From assembly GCA_038496445.1 (NCBI GenBank), contig JALMLS010000507.1, forward strand, positions 620,001 through 684,000: a stretch of DNA of 64,000 nt, written 5' to 3'. The position numbers were made by a program, and so were the translations under genes. Position 1 is the stretch's first letter; every line of letters starts with the position of its first letter. Shown here piece after piece: positions 13,785 to 27,400 of the stretch. Source of the DNA: Trichosphaerium sp. ATCC 40318. Lineage: Eukaryota > Protista > Tubulinea. The notes beneath the pieces were generated by a model, which was given only the letters and a program-made list of their open reading frames with translations, made no database searches and was not told the DNA's origin.

Positions 13785-14078
13785 AGATATTGTGAACCAG
13801 TTATTAGATAGCCTGTAGTAGTTTAAAGATACTAAGACTGCAAATGACAAAGACCATAGTTGACAACATAACACGTGATTATAAACCGACATTAAATTGG
13901 TTTTACTCGTCGCCGAATTTACCCGGCATCACGTGATTTATTTAAAATTAGAGGTACGCGCTAAAAGAGGTATTATACCGCTAGTAAAAAAGCAATTGTT
14001 TACGACCCTATTAATCCAACGAAAACTGAAAAAAATAACTGAGGAGTAGTACAATAAGAGAATTCTCGTGCAGCAACA

Positions 14079-16881
14079 ATGTCTATTAGTCATATGGGCA
14101 CAAAAGTCAGTAAAATGCGTAACTGGCTTGGAGATGTTATAGACACTGTAAAGAAGTTAGTGGCTCTATGTATTAGGGAGACATTAGCTGTAAAAGACCT
14201 GCAGAAAGTAAACAAAACGTACCCAAAAACGCTATCATATGTAATGCAAGGTAAGACGCGCACCACACTCAAATTAGAACTTTTTTTTTTGTTTTATTCA
14301 TTTTATTTATGGTTGGTAGCGCTATCGTCTGTTCAAGTTGAAGGATGTCCTATAGCCTCCAGAAACGACTACGAGATTATAGCAAGGACTAAAGATGCAG
14401 AAATAATGAGGACAGGTTCGTACAATTGCTTTTGTTCATTTACTGCAGAAAAAAAACTCTGTCTTTTTTTGGCTCGTCATCAAAACGTTGAATTAATCAA
14501 CCTGCAGCACTTGTGAATGTAGTAAAAGAGATACAAGAAAAGATTGGGCATATTTACGTCACATACAAGGACGCTGACCCTATAGTTCTCGTGTCGTATG
14601 CACGTGCCATGAAGATTGCGTATGAGGTAACTTTTAGAAAGTTACATTTTTTGTATTAACGCTATCATCCTTGTTGTTTACCTTATTTATTAAGCTTTTG
14701 GCAAAAACAATGGAGGTGAACGAACTAAAGGGAGCACCAAATCACAGAGTTTGGTTGTATATTAAGAGTACGCCAAATACTGTCTCACGTTAGTGTTGGT
14801 GTTTATTCTTTTAGTTGCTGAAGCTAAGGACTTGAGGGCTATGGACTTACGTGGTACAAGTGACCCTTATTGTCGTATTATGGTTGATGGTAAAAAAATA
14901 TTCCGTACTAAAACGATAAAGAAGAATTGTAACCCAGTGTGGCTTCAGGAGTACCACTTGTGCGTTTTAGTTTCAACTTTTTTTTTTCCTTTTATTGAAC
15001 AGAACAAGATTGTGAGCTAATTTGGAGTGTTTAGCCAAGTTGATAATCATGCTCAAACACTTATGTTACGCGTATATGATAAAGATAGAATCGGAACAGA
15101 TGATTTTATTGGAGAAAAGACGTTTACTATGAAGGTGCTTTCAAACAAAGAAGAAAAAACAGATGGATGGTATACTTTAAAACCAAAGACTCAGGGACAT
15201 GTACAGTACGTACTATTTGTTTAATATATCACATAAGCTTCTGTTAATAAAGGATATAGGACACTGAGATATAAGAAAAACAACAAGCGAGATTTAGGCA
15301 AAATTAGAGTCACAGTAGAATACACAGTATGCACCGATTTTTTTTGGATTTTTTAAAACCTTTGTCTTAATGTCACGTGATTTATATTTTAATCCCAAAT
15401 TATAGGAAGCTTATGTACTCCCTAATAATTTATATTCAATGCTATTTGACGTAAGGATAGTTCAGAGTAACCTAAAACTTTTTAACCTTTTTTTGATTTT
15501 ATTTTTCTAGGTTTGTATTGGAGATTCTACAGTTCCAAAATTGATAGATTCTATTATTAAAGGTATCACGTGCCCTCAGCGAATTTTTCTTTGACTCAAG
15601 TTTTTGTCAGGACCTGGTGCAAAGAAGGCTTCGATAAAATCGTTTATAGCAGCATTACATCATAAAGGTAACGCAGTGGAAGTCATAGAACAGCTTGTTT
15701 GTGAGGAAATAGCAAACACACGTAAGTAATTTCCGATTAAATAATTCCGTAATAATAAAAAAAACCCCAAGGTACAACGGATGTTATCTTTAGAAGTAAT
15801 TCAATCGCCGCTATTTGCTTTGAAGCGCTCATTAATCTTATTGGATACGATATGTTACGTGTCATTCAACCCCTGATATTGGAGCTGTGTAGGACTGAAT
15901 GCTCCTGTGAGGTAAAAAATAACATACTCTTTTCTTCGCTCTAATGTTGTTAGGTTGATCCAAATGTTCTTGGTGATAAAGCCAAGAAAAACCTTAGCAG
16001 GAATAAAAAGAGGTTAATAAAGCACTTGAAGACATTCTGGAAAGCAATATCAAAAGCTCCTTTTGTTGTACCACAGTACGAGCACGTTATAAGTTACGCA
16101 GCTCGCTAAAAAAAAATAGGCCTATAAAACAAATCTTGGCTGTAATTCAAACCAAGGTGAGAGAAAAATGGCCATCAGACGAGTCAGCAATGTACAGTGG
16201 TAAGCAAAATATTGAGCATGTGATTTTAATTACTTAATTACTGCGCAGCATCTTCTGGATTCATATTTCTTCGATTTTTCTGTCCTGCCATTCTTGGACC
16301 TAGTTTATATGGGATTATGGAAGGTATTCTTATTGTTCATTCAAACGATCACTCGAGTTTTTTTAACTCCTGTATAGACCGACCATCAGACATGAATAAT
16401 AGGAATTTAACACTACTCTCTAAAGCAATGATGGGGTTCGCAAACCTTAAACTGTTTGGTGCCAAAGAACCCTTCATGAAATTTGTAAATGATTTTATTG
16501 AAAAGAACAGAAACAGTGTCATTGATTACTTGGATACTATAGCAGTACGTACACAATGTAATCCATATTCAATACTGATTATACAAATAGGACGGCACTA
16601 AAGGCACTATATTTTATTTATCCTATACGGAGTGCTAATACATAATGTTTAGGACCTAAACCGACAATGAGGATTCGAGGTAAAAAAGTTCAATATGGTG
16701 AAGTTATGTCACACGTACAGTCTGTACTTTTTGATAACCTAGAGGCTATTGGAAATTTATCAAGGGTACGTGTTTAGTATATAAATTAGAGTATTATTCA
16801 TAAACTATTAAATAGGGAAACGCCAGAATTGCACAAGTTAAAGCACAAGTTGAGCGCCTTGAGTACGTCACACGTGCGTGA
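14079..16881 (+). CDS. C2-domain Ras GTPase-activating protein
   Basis: C2 motif EAKDLRAMDLRGTSDPYC; RasGAP arginine finger IFRSNS; GFIFLRFFCPAILGP; KEPFM. Start codon uncertain (14079, 14094 or 14115). Confidence 0.9.
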
Positions 16882-17054
16882 TTCAGTGACATGATACAAA
16901 CAAGAATACTTAATTTAAAAATATATATAAACAAGGCTATGGATTATGTGTAGACATTGTAGACGTAAAATGGAAACAAAGAGCTCAGGATTGTTTTGCT
17001 GTAGAATAAAAAAAATGAAGAAGAAAAAAGAATTTACATTGTTTTATTATTTTT

Positions 17055-17787
17055 TTAGTTTGTAAGATCAGTAGTTAGTACACTATATCTATGTGTTCGT
17101 CCACGATACTTGAAAATCAATAATGTAGTAAATACACCACACCACGTGTCCGTTAAAAACTTGAAAAATGATTACAACCAAAGGAAGTCAAAAGGGAAGT
17201 CAAAAGTAATAAAAAAAAAACTTGTAGTGTACCTTTAACACAAGAAGAAATAAAGAAAACACCCATAGCTCAGCTGAGCTGTCATTCTTACGACAGCTTT
17301 TGTTTTTAGCTAATAATACACAACCAAAAACAAGCCAGATGACGGAGAAACAAGCGTAAGTTATGTTCCACACAGCAATCAAGTACACGCCCGTTTTTTC
17401 TGCTGCACAGTATATGAAGGATAGTACGAGCATCGTACCACCATATAAACAAATAAAAAAGGCATCAGCAACAACCCAATTTGACAGGCCAATTGCTAAA
17501 GGAATTGAGAAAAACACTTCCATTGTAGATTATCAAAGCCAATTTCAACGCGTTAAGATGCTCGAATGGAGAAATGCTTGTTTTTGAATGTGCCACCTGT
17601 TGTACGCGAAGTTAGGCATTGGTGACGTACAGTAGCGATAAGGGAAAGTGGTACAGCGAGCTTCGCTGTGTCTGTAGCCAATAACTAGTTCTGTAACAAC
17701 CATAGCGACCGTTAGGCATAGTAACGCAATTCCGAGGCAGCTAGTGCCCAATGTAGTTATAAACTGAAATCTTTTTGATGAGAACAT
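17055..17787 (-). CDS. Small multi-pass membrane protein of unknown function
   Basis: Three exons splice in frame and give four to five hydrophobic segments with Cys in loops. Confidence 0.65.
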
Positions 17788-18036
17788 TCCTAGTACTTGG
17801 CTGTAAGCAACTAAATACGCGCAAATGGATCAAAAGTGAGGTTTGGGAAGCGTCTACGTACTTATAGAAAGTTGCAAGCAATTCTAAATTGTTTACGGTG
17901 TGCACTATGGTGAACGCCAAATCACAATGCCAATTTGCGTCAAACGTCTTCTGAGTTAAAAGTGACACTCAAACAGTACAACTTTTGTTTTGTCAAGTAG
18001 CATTCTGTTATAGCGACCCCGTAGCCTCCATAGTTA

Positions 18037-19599
18037 ATGGCAAGCGAAGATATAAAGCTTCAAGGCGTTAAAGCGTCAAACCAACAATTTAGAAAATATG
18101 AAGGCGTAGACAAGAAAGTAAGAGCGTTTCAGCGTTAACACTGATGTAACATTAATTGTAGCAAGACTATAAGTTGTCAGAGGGTAAATCTGATAGCGCT
18201 GAGCAGTTTGATGACGAATTTACCATTCGCACAGTAAGTACAGTGTCATTTTGATCATTTGACGCGTGCCCAAACGCTTTTCAACCGGTAACATCCAGTG
18301 TAGGTGGATTTAAGTAAGTTTTTAAACGGCAATGACAAGGATAAAGCGGAATTCGCCAAGGACTTAGTATGCTGACCCAATGTAAGTTTGATTCTAACGC
18401 CCAGTTAGGGTGAGTCTCTGGAAGAGATTGGTTTCGCTGTCTTGCAAAACCATGGCGTGGATGCAAGTATTTTACAAGCGGCTGACAAAATGGTAAAGAA
18501 TGTGTTTGAACGTCCTGTGGAAGAAAAATTAAAGTTTGACGCTTCGCGTGTTGGTTCTATAAATCAAGGTAATTACCCAAAGGCAAGACACGTTTCATAC
18601 ACGTGGTTTACCAACCTTTTTTTTCTTTCGAACTCATCTTGTCACTTCCAGGCTACTTCCCAATAAAAAACACATCGAACATACATCCAGATTTGGTTGA
18701 GGGTTGGGTTTTTTGTAGAAGAGCTTTTGACTTGCCTTCACGTGATAGACAAGAGTCAACAAAGTTCGTTTCAGATGACTTTTGGCCAGAAAAAGAGCAT
18801 GAACTCTTCTTCAGAAACTACGTCATTGAGAGTACGATAACCTACCTTCACAACCTCTGATCAACTATACGTAGTGGAAAAGTTGATATTACCAATCATT
18901 CAGAGTATGCTGATGCATCTAAAAGCTGATCCACACTCCTACGATAAAAAACTGACTCAAACTAATATTGGCTTGAGACTAAACTGTACGCGTTACCTCT
19001 AAGCTGGCGTTCTTGATTAATAGTTATAACTAGATTATCCACCTGTATCTGAGGAGGATGATAAACTTGGCGCCGGACGATTACTGGGTCACGAAGATGT
19101 ATAGTAAACTGTTTTTATACTGAACTAACTTAGTTTTGAATAGGTTACAATGTTCACCTTACTACCTGCACCTTCTATAGAGGGCCTTCAAGTACTAAAT
19201 AGGAAAAACAACAAATGGATACGTCTCTCACCACCACCTGGTACTATCATACTTAACACAGGTACTTTAAATAACACTTGTCAATAGCTCAAACATTGAA
19301 CTTTTATAGGAGATTATATGCAAAGGATAACAAATGACGTGTTCAGTTCAACAACACATCGAGTTAGCAAACCACGTGACACTGATCTTCGACGATCTAC
19401 ACGCACATCATTCCCCGTAAACGTTTACCTCTGGGAAGACGAGATGTTAGAGGTACAACGCCGCTGTTACTTCAAAAATAACGTAAACAAGGTTTTGCCT
19501 TCGCTGAAGAATCCTAAGTACCCAAAAATTAAAGCTATCGAATTTCATACAGGTATTACTGCTAAATACTATGGGGATGCGTACAAAGTAAATAACTAA
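18037..19599 (+). CDS. 2-oxoglutarate/Fe(II) oxygenase, isopenicillin N synthase-like family
   Basis: SLEEIGFAVLQNHGV; LRLNYYPP; GHEDV (HxD); EGLQV; LNTGDYMQRITND; STTHRV; RTS 2OG-binding motif. Confidence 0.92.
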
Positions 19600-19839
19600 A
19601 AGAAATAAAAATATGTTCGCAACTAAAATAGCCGTGCTGCAGCTAAATTATATTATATTTCCATCGATGGTGCACTCGCAACGTAAAATGGAGTATCTTC
19701 AAGCCCACAAGTATGAATTCTAATTTTACGCGAGTTTTCCACGGGATGTACTAAAAAGGATGTTCCGTGGAAGGTTTTGACGCCCAAATCCGATTGTAAT
19801 CAAGCCAGTTAAAATCAAAATCAACAAAAACTAACAACA

Positions 19840-21053
19840 ATGACAACAGTAGCAATAACTGGTATTTCTGGATACATTGGCGCATGCCTTGCAGCTAAAT
19901 TACTTGCTAAAGGCACAATAACGAGAAACAACACATGCCTAATCTAACAATTTAAAAAGGCTATAAAGTACATGGTACAGTGCGCACACTATCTAACAAG
20001 GCGAAAATTGCTCCATTATTGGCATTAAAAGCGGGAGACAACTTAAAACTATTTGAGGCCGATTTATTCTCCGCAGAAGCTTTCATCGCCCCTCTTACAG
20101 GTATAAATCGCGTATAACCTAGCTTCTAAAAACATTCAAGGTTGTGATGCCGTATTTCACGTAGCTAGCCCTTACATTTATACTGCTGATGACCCAGAGA
20201 AAGAAATTGTTGGAGCAGCTGTCGCTGGTACTCGTAATGTTCTTGCAGCTGTCAAAAAATGTGGTGTAAAAGAAGTTATTTTTACGTCCACATGTCTTGC
20301 GGTCTTCAACAGATTTAAGATTGACCAAGAGAAAGTCTACTCTGAAGGTACGGCAATAAAGCTTTTTTGGGTCGGTTAGGAACTAACAATTTGTCAGATG
20401 ACTGGAATGAAGAACCAGGAGATGACTGGTATCCAAAATCTAAAGTTGCCGCAGAAAAGCTCGCTTGGGAGACTTCTAAAGCTGATAAATCGTACCGCTT
20501 GGTAGTTGTTAATCCTGGTTGGGTTATTGGACCTGTTCTAGATGGATGGGAAGCCAATCTTAATACAAGTACGACTTTATCATTCTTTGTGTACACCTTC
20601 TAATGCATTTACAGGTCTCAGCCGCTTCACAACTTTTATGGGCAAAGACAACACGCTACCACCTATCGGACTTCCTTTAGGAGACGTTAGAGATATTGCT
20701 GATGCCCACATTGTTGCATACGAAAACAAAAAGGTACAAGAAAGTCACTCCTTAGTCTATCTAATAGTCGAAGGCATCTGGTCGTCATATTTGCATCTAC
20801 GGCACTGTATCTTTGAAAGACTTGGTTCAATGGGCTAAAGATGGTTACCCAAAGCGAGAATTTGCAGCAAATGATCATGGTATGTTCGAACAGTTTTGAG
20901 TAAAGTATTCACCAACTAACAATCTTTATAGAAGTTAAATCCATGCCTAAGTTTGACAACAGCAAAATAAAAGCACTTGGTGCTACTTTCAGGCATCCAA
21001 AGGAATCAGTTGTTGATACGATTGCATCACTAGTGACTATAGGCAAGATGTAA
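19840..21053 (+). CDS. NAD(P)-dependent epimerase/dehydratase (DFR/CCR-like extended SDR)
   Basis: ITGISGYIG, VHGTVR, GCDAVFHVASP, YPKSK (YxxxK), VNPGWVIGP, DVRDIADAH; first intron is GC-AG (19913-19959). Confidence 0.93.
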
Positions 21054-21097
21054 ATCAGAAAAATAAACATACACTTCGTTTGTAAGATTTACTTGTT

Positions 21098-21739
21098 TTA
21101 TTTCTCTTTTTGTTTTAGAATCTCTTGCACTGTTGAAGCAATCGTATTTACTACATCTTCTTTTGTTTTATTTGTTGTATTTATCAATATACAGTTCTTA
21201 TCATGCCTACCGCCTTGGTCTTCAGGGATATCCCATATTTTGTTTCTTTGGTTCTATTGCGTACAGTCAGTTCATCTTTTCTAAGTGTTACTCACCATTT
21301 CTTGCCTACTTCTTGGTTTCATATCTCTTGCAACTCTTCTTTCAACATTTCGTTGGTAACAAACCTTTAATAAAAGTTGGAAAATTTTCCACTTTTGAAC
21401 ACGTGCCTCTTGCGAACAGGTAAATTCAAAACCAATAACTTGGTATCCCAAAGTATCAATATCACTCTTTAACGCTTCTATAAGGCACTTCCTTGACATT
21501 TCTTCTATCATTATATGCCTCTTGTGTCTCATTACAACCTTGAGACTGGCGTGAAGACACTCTTTACCCAAACTTCTTCTATTTTGATCTCCAAGGTTAA
21601 CAAACATCTTTTTTAATGCTACGAAATCTACAAATGCCCATTCTTTAAACAAAGCAAGGTCGTGAAAGGTTCTGTATGCTGTAGATTTTCCTGACGCCAT
21701 TTTTCCGCGTAGTATGACAAGTAGCGGTTGTTTTGACAT
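21098..21739 (-). CDS. Small P-loop kinase-like protein (AAA_33-type)
   Basis: LVILRGKMASGKST Walker A; IMIEEM Walker B-like; CYQRNVERR lid; terminal exon ending CILINTTNKTKEDVVNTI. Confidence 0.8.
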
Positions 21740-22172
21740 GACCTATAGTGTACTTGTCCATTTGACCATCAGGGACTACTCAAATAACTGTTTTTTTCCT
21801 CAAACATGCAATGAATACGTCAACATACGCAGTCTATGGACAACCGTTAATATTACACTCGATTAAGCTATGTTTCATATTCTTGTGGTACCTGTGAGGC
21901 AGACAGCATCACCCGAAAGTAAGCCTTATTCACATAAAAGAAATTACTATTTGGAATAAGCAGGAACTTTTCAATAAGAACTTGTTTTGTAAAACTTAAA
22001 GATACTACTTGAAACGTTAACCTTCGAAATATTGGAAACATTCCCAGGGAATTTTTGTAACGTGCAATAGTTTATCCAGCTAAGTTATGAATCATTGAAA
22101 GAAAGATGACGTCAAAAAAAAAAGGAAATTCGACGGTTTCAAATTTCTCATTCCTTTTTTGCTCTGTTCAAC

Positions 22173-24194
22173 ATGAAAGCTTGTCGTGTTTATCGCATTA
22201 CAATTGGCGAATGCTCTCTAGAGCTAGCAGATGCAAAAGAAAAGACAAAGCCGTACGTGATTATAGCTATGCCTGATCAAAAACTTATAAAAACTAAAGT
22301 AAAACATAAAGGTGCGGTTAAAATTGTTTATCACGTGTACTTATCCTTTTTACGTACAGACTCAGCGACGTGGCGCATACAGAGAAGTGTTATTATAGAA
22401 TCTCATAGTGATACATTTGAGGGTTCCATAACGGTACAAGCGTACCGCTACCGTGGTCATGTTAAAGCAGACGTTATGTTGGGTACACCTTATATTGTAT
22501 TCCTATCTAACAATGAAATAAAGGCTCTGTTACGCTGGAAGTTAGTAAAATAATGCGCCAAACGGTTCACTACGACTTACCATTAGAGGTAGACGGCGTC
22601 GCTACAAGTACGGACCCATGATGCTCTAACCACTAATTCTCTTCGCAATTTAGAGTCTCGGGTAAAGTTTGATGCAGAAATTGAAGAAGTACCACCTGAA
22701 AAGACGTTTTCGGCTTACTCACGTGAGCATAGGTATTCGCTCTTACGTGTGTAATACAACATGTTGAGGTTGAAGCAACAACACCTTTCTTATCAACATC
22801 TAAACCAAATGATTATTTTTTGCGCTATAATCACGCTTCAAGGTACAACGCGCCTTCTTGTAGTTTACAACTTACACTCACCAAGCAAAGACCGCATTTT
22901 ATCTGGTCGTGGTATATTTATCAACAGCTCTAATCTAAGATTCGCATGTCCACCACTAACGCAGCGAACAACGATGACAGGTTAGAGTAAGATATTTTAG
23001 GAGTTTTTAAATAAAATATTAGATAACATGCTTTGTGACATTACATTCGAGCTTCACAACGCGAAATCAGGGAAAGGATGCAGTTGTGTAGGATCTAGTG
23101 CAGTGGTACAACTATCAGGATATCACGTGATAAGCAAAGCTAACTTCATTTGTAGGTTCATTTCGCAGAGTATTTTTGTTACCGTGATGAACTGGTACGG
23201 TTTGAAGTGCCTCTCATCAAAGGAGAAGTTATTGTTGGTAAAATAAGTGGATGTACGCACCTCTCAAAAACATTACTTTTCTGATTAGGAATCCAGATAT
23301 GGAGTTCTTAAACGTCCCCAATGTCATTCAACTAGTTGGTGGCGAGACAACAGAAAATGGAGTTAAAGGTATGACGTTTGATTTTATCACCTTTCGTTCT
23401 AACACGAACAGATGCTGTACCTTTGATAACACTCGTTGAGCGACCTTTTGGCGTTTACAACGCGCTACCACATCACCCAAAAAGTACGAACGGAAAGCTA
23501 CAGTTTGCAACTAATTGCGATATAGAAAAGCCGCTACTAAACCCGAAAAAAATGAGAAGGAGAACAAAATCACGCTCTGGCACAAGGGCACGTTCAAATT
23601 CTGCAAGATCTGACACAAGCGATAAACAAGTCAACGAAGATATAGCTATTCAACAACCTACAAGTAATGATACTGTTGGCGCTACGTCGTTGCCTGTAGT
23701 CACAGAAGATAAACACAACAGGTCACAATCTGAAGGCGCACTATCCAAAGAACGAAAGGATACCATAACAGCCCCATTTATCAAGGTTCATTTTTCGTAC
23801 TGTTTCGTTATACTAACGCCAGGATAGCCACCATTTAATAGGCAAAAGACTGGTATGCAAATGTCAAAGATTCTGGCGCGTAAAACAACATTTGAAGCAT
23901 TCAATAAGAAGCGTGGTGAAGGCATTATGTCAGATGGTAAGTGGCCAATAGTTTTCGCAGTCAGGCTTACGCGCATCGCTAGATGATGTAGAACTCGCTG
24001 ATGAACTTGAAATAACACCTGATACGCCTGAAGAGCGAAGGCGTGAGTTAAGGTTTAACAACCAGAATTCAATGCCGCGCATTGAGTTAACCAATGTAAC
24101 TCGCGTAAAGAAACGAATTCTTGCAATGAGCCAGGAAGATTTGCCTATTGATGGTTTGCTTCGCGCTCATTTTAAAGGCACATTCAACACGTAG
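22173..24194 (+). CDS. C2-domain protein (one clear and one probable C2) with low-complexity tail
   Basis: KPYVII..KTKVK..ATW..ITVQAYRYRGHVKADVMLGSV; second beta-rich region ITFELHNAKSGKG..GKISGYMEF; exons splice in frame. Confidence 0.7.
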
Positions 24195-24407
24195 ACCTAC
24201 GGACTGGGTTGTACATAATGTAGGGAATTAAATTATATCGTTAAAAAAGCTGCCCAAGGTAGTGGTAGAGCCAAATTATTATTGATCAATTAATGCATGT
24301 TGCTGCTCATGTTGCAGCTGCCTAAATAAAACAAATTTGACAATTATTGACGCAGCGTCGTTTTTCTTTCGCTTTGCCGCTTCATTGTTCCCAAGCAGCA
24401 TATCACC

Positions 24408-27400
24408 ATGGACGAAGATCTATATGATGAATTCGGTAATTATATCGGTCCTGACCTAGATGACGATGAAGATGATTGGGACGACGATGAGGACATGGAA
24501 GACGTTGAGGATGAAGACGAAGACGCGATTGTAGAAGACGCTACTATAGGTAAAACTTTTGCAGCTTTGGCTAAGAAAATGCTTCGCCCTAAATGGGCTT
24601 GTTTTTGCGTCGTACAAGTTATTTACGCGAAGTAGACCCAGGAAACGCCATTGTACTACACGAAGACAAAAAATACTATCCAAACGCACTAGAGGTGTAC
24701 GGAAATGACGTGGAAGTGACAATTCAAGAGGAAGACAACCAAAGAATCGATGAACCTATAATCAAACCAATTGTTGAAAAAAAATGGGCGTTGCTTGAAG
24801 ATGTCAAAGAAGGAGACTTTCCACCAACTACTTACACTAAAAAGTGCGTGAAAAGAAAAAAAAGCTTTAAAAAAAAACCCAAACGAATATTAAGAGCGTA
24901 ACCAACACCCCTATAGGTTCTATTACTACATGACACAATTTCCAAACCTTATGCGTTCAGTTACATTTGCTGGAGCACTACATCACGGAAAAACCTCTCT
25001 AGCTGATTTACTAGTGCACCAAACACACGAATTTCGTTTCGCACTCGAAAAGAAGGTACAATAAGTGTTTTAAGAAGAAAACAAGCGCAATGTTTGCTTG
25101 TTTTTTTTTTTTTTTAAACGTCACTGACGTTAGCGTTAGGACCGTTTTACAGATACACGCCTTGACGAACAACAACGTGGAATCTCAATCAAAGCAAATC
25201 CTGTCACTTTATTATTGCCTGACTCACGCGGTAAAACATTCATGATCAATTTGATGGATACACCAGGACATGTTAATTTCTTGGATGAAGTTGCAGCATC
25301 CATGAGAATCTCAGATGGTGTTGTTCTTGTAGTAGACGCTATTGAAGGGGTGCGTGGCAACAGTAAAGATTAATGACACTTTAATTTATTTTTATTGCTT
25401 TTTTTGTATTTTTGGTTACGAATGGGAAAATCTTTTGATATTTGTCCTGACACACTGTTAGGTTGCTATGCAGACCGAAAAAATATTAAAAGCTGCTATT
25501 CAAGAACGTCAAGCTATTGTTGTTGTTATCAACAAAATCGATCGTTTAGTTCTAGAATTGAAGCTTCCTCCTGCAGATGCTTACTTTAAACTAAAGCACA
25601 CAATTGACACACTCAATGAGATGTTAATGTACGCTTTCTAAATAATGATAACCTTTAAATCCTCATTTACTGGTAGTGCTCTTGATTCCGATATTGTACT
25701 TGACCCTAAACTCGGAAATGTCACATTTGCTGCTTCTGAGCAAGGATTCTCATTCACATTATTCCAATACGCTGAATTATACTCAAACAGTTATGGCATA
25801 GAATTTGATACAAAAGAATTTGCAGATCGTTTATGGGGTGATATTTATTTTGATGAGCGATCAGGGAAGTTTGTTAATGAGAGACCTTCAAAGACATCAC
25901 AGAAAACGTTTGTTCAATTCGTTCTAGACCCTATATATAAACTAATTTCGTCTGTTGTTGGAGAAGACGCCAAAGTATTAAAGGTAAGCTCAATCTTTTT
26001 TTGAAAGATTTTTTTTGTTGAAGAACCAACGCGTTGTTTAGGGCGTTATTGCTGAAGTAGGCATTCACTTAAATCAAAAAGAACTACAAATGAACGTTAG
26101 GCCACTATTGAAGCTTGTCATGAGGCGATTCTTTGGTACTTCTACAGGTATAGTTGATATGCTTGTTGAACATGTACCATCTCCAGAAGCTGCAACAAAA
26201 AAAAAGGTATTTTAGTTTGATTGCGTTTTGTATCTTATAGTTGTGGCTAGGTTGAAAGCACATATACTGGCGATATGGACACTGATCTTGTTAAAGCTAT
26301 GGTGAACTGTGACCCTGAAGGACCTCTCATGATTAATATTGTAAAAAATTATCCAGACAAAGAATGCGATAGGTATTAGACAATTCTAATCGTCGCTTTT
26401 GTTCTTACACCTTTCTTTTCGTTAGATTCTATTGCTTTGGTCGTATTCTAAGTGGTACAGTCAAAAAGGGCATGGATGTTAAAGTACTGGGCGAGCGTTA
26501 CTCTCCAGAGGACGAAGAAGATATGGCATTAGAAACCATTGAAAATATTTACCTATGCAATTCAAGGTAAATATTACTGTTTTTTTATAATAGAAGCTTA
26601 CGTTTGGTTAGATACAACATGCAAATTGACGAGCTTTCTGCTGGTAATTGGGTTCTTCTCGAAGGTATCGACAGGACTGTTGTCAAAACAGCGACTATTA
26701 CTAGTGCTGATGCCAGAGATGTTTGTATATTCCGTAACCTACGGTACGTAAAAAGTAAGATTATATTCGTGCTAATGGTTTACTCCCTTCAGATTCCCAA
26801 CAGAGTCAGTTGTCAAAATTGCCGTAGAACCAGTTAATCCTTCTGATTTACCGAAAATGTTGGACGCTTTGCGTAAGATTGATGCAACGTATCCACTATG
26901 CACAACAAAGGTAATTTTGTGTAATTTAAAAAAAACTCAAAAAAATTAAATGCCCTGATAGGTTGAAGATTCTGGCGAGCATGTTATCAGAGGTACTGGT
27001 GAATTGTATCTCGATTCCATTATGTACGATATGCGCCGCCTCTTTTCCGATATCGAGATCAAGGTGGCAGATCCAGTTGTTAAGTTTTGCGAGACTGTTG
27101 TTGAGACATCCTCTATTAAATGTTACGCTGACACATTGAACAAACAGTACGTGTCAAAATGTCACCTTTTATTTGACATTACTTACCTTTCATAACAGGA
27201 ATCAACTCACTATGATCTCTGAACCACTTGAAAAGGGACTAGGAAGAGATATTGAGGACAACAAGGTTAAAATTACTTGGGATAGACCTGTACTACAGAA
27301 ATGGTTTCAGAAAAATTATGATTGGGGTACGTTATGCAATTGTATTGCTAAAACTACATTAACAAAATCAAACTAACTTATTTCTCTAGATATCTTGGCT

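Noticed and set aside
17179-17206. Short direct repeat GGAAGTCAAAAG
   Set aside because: A two-copy slippage duplication inside an intron, with no sign of a mobile element.
22770-23440. GRAM/PH domain in the C2 protein
   Set aside because: After splicing, the region reads better as a second C2-like beta-sandwich.
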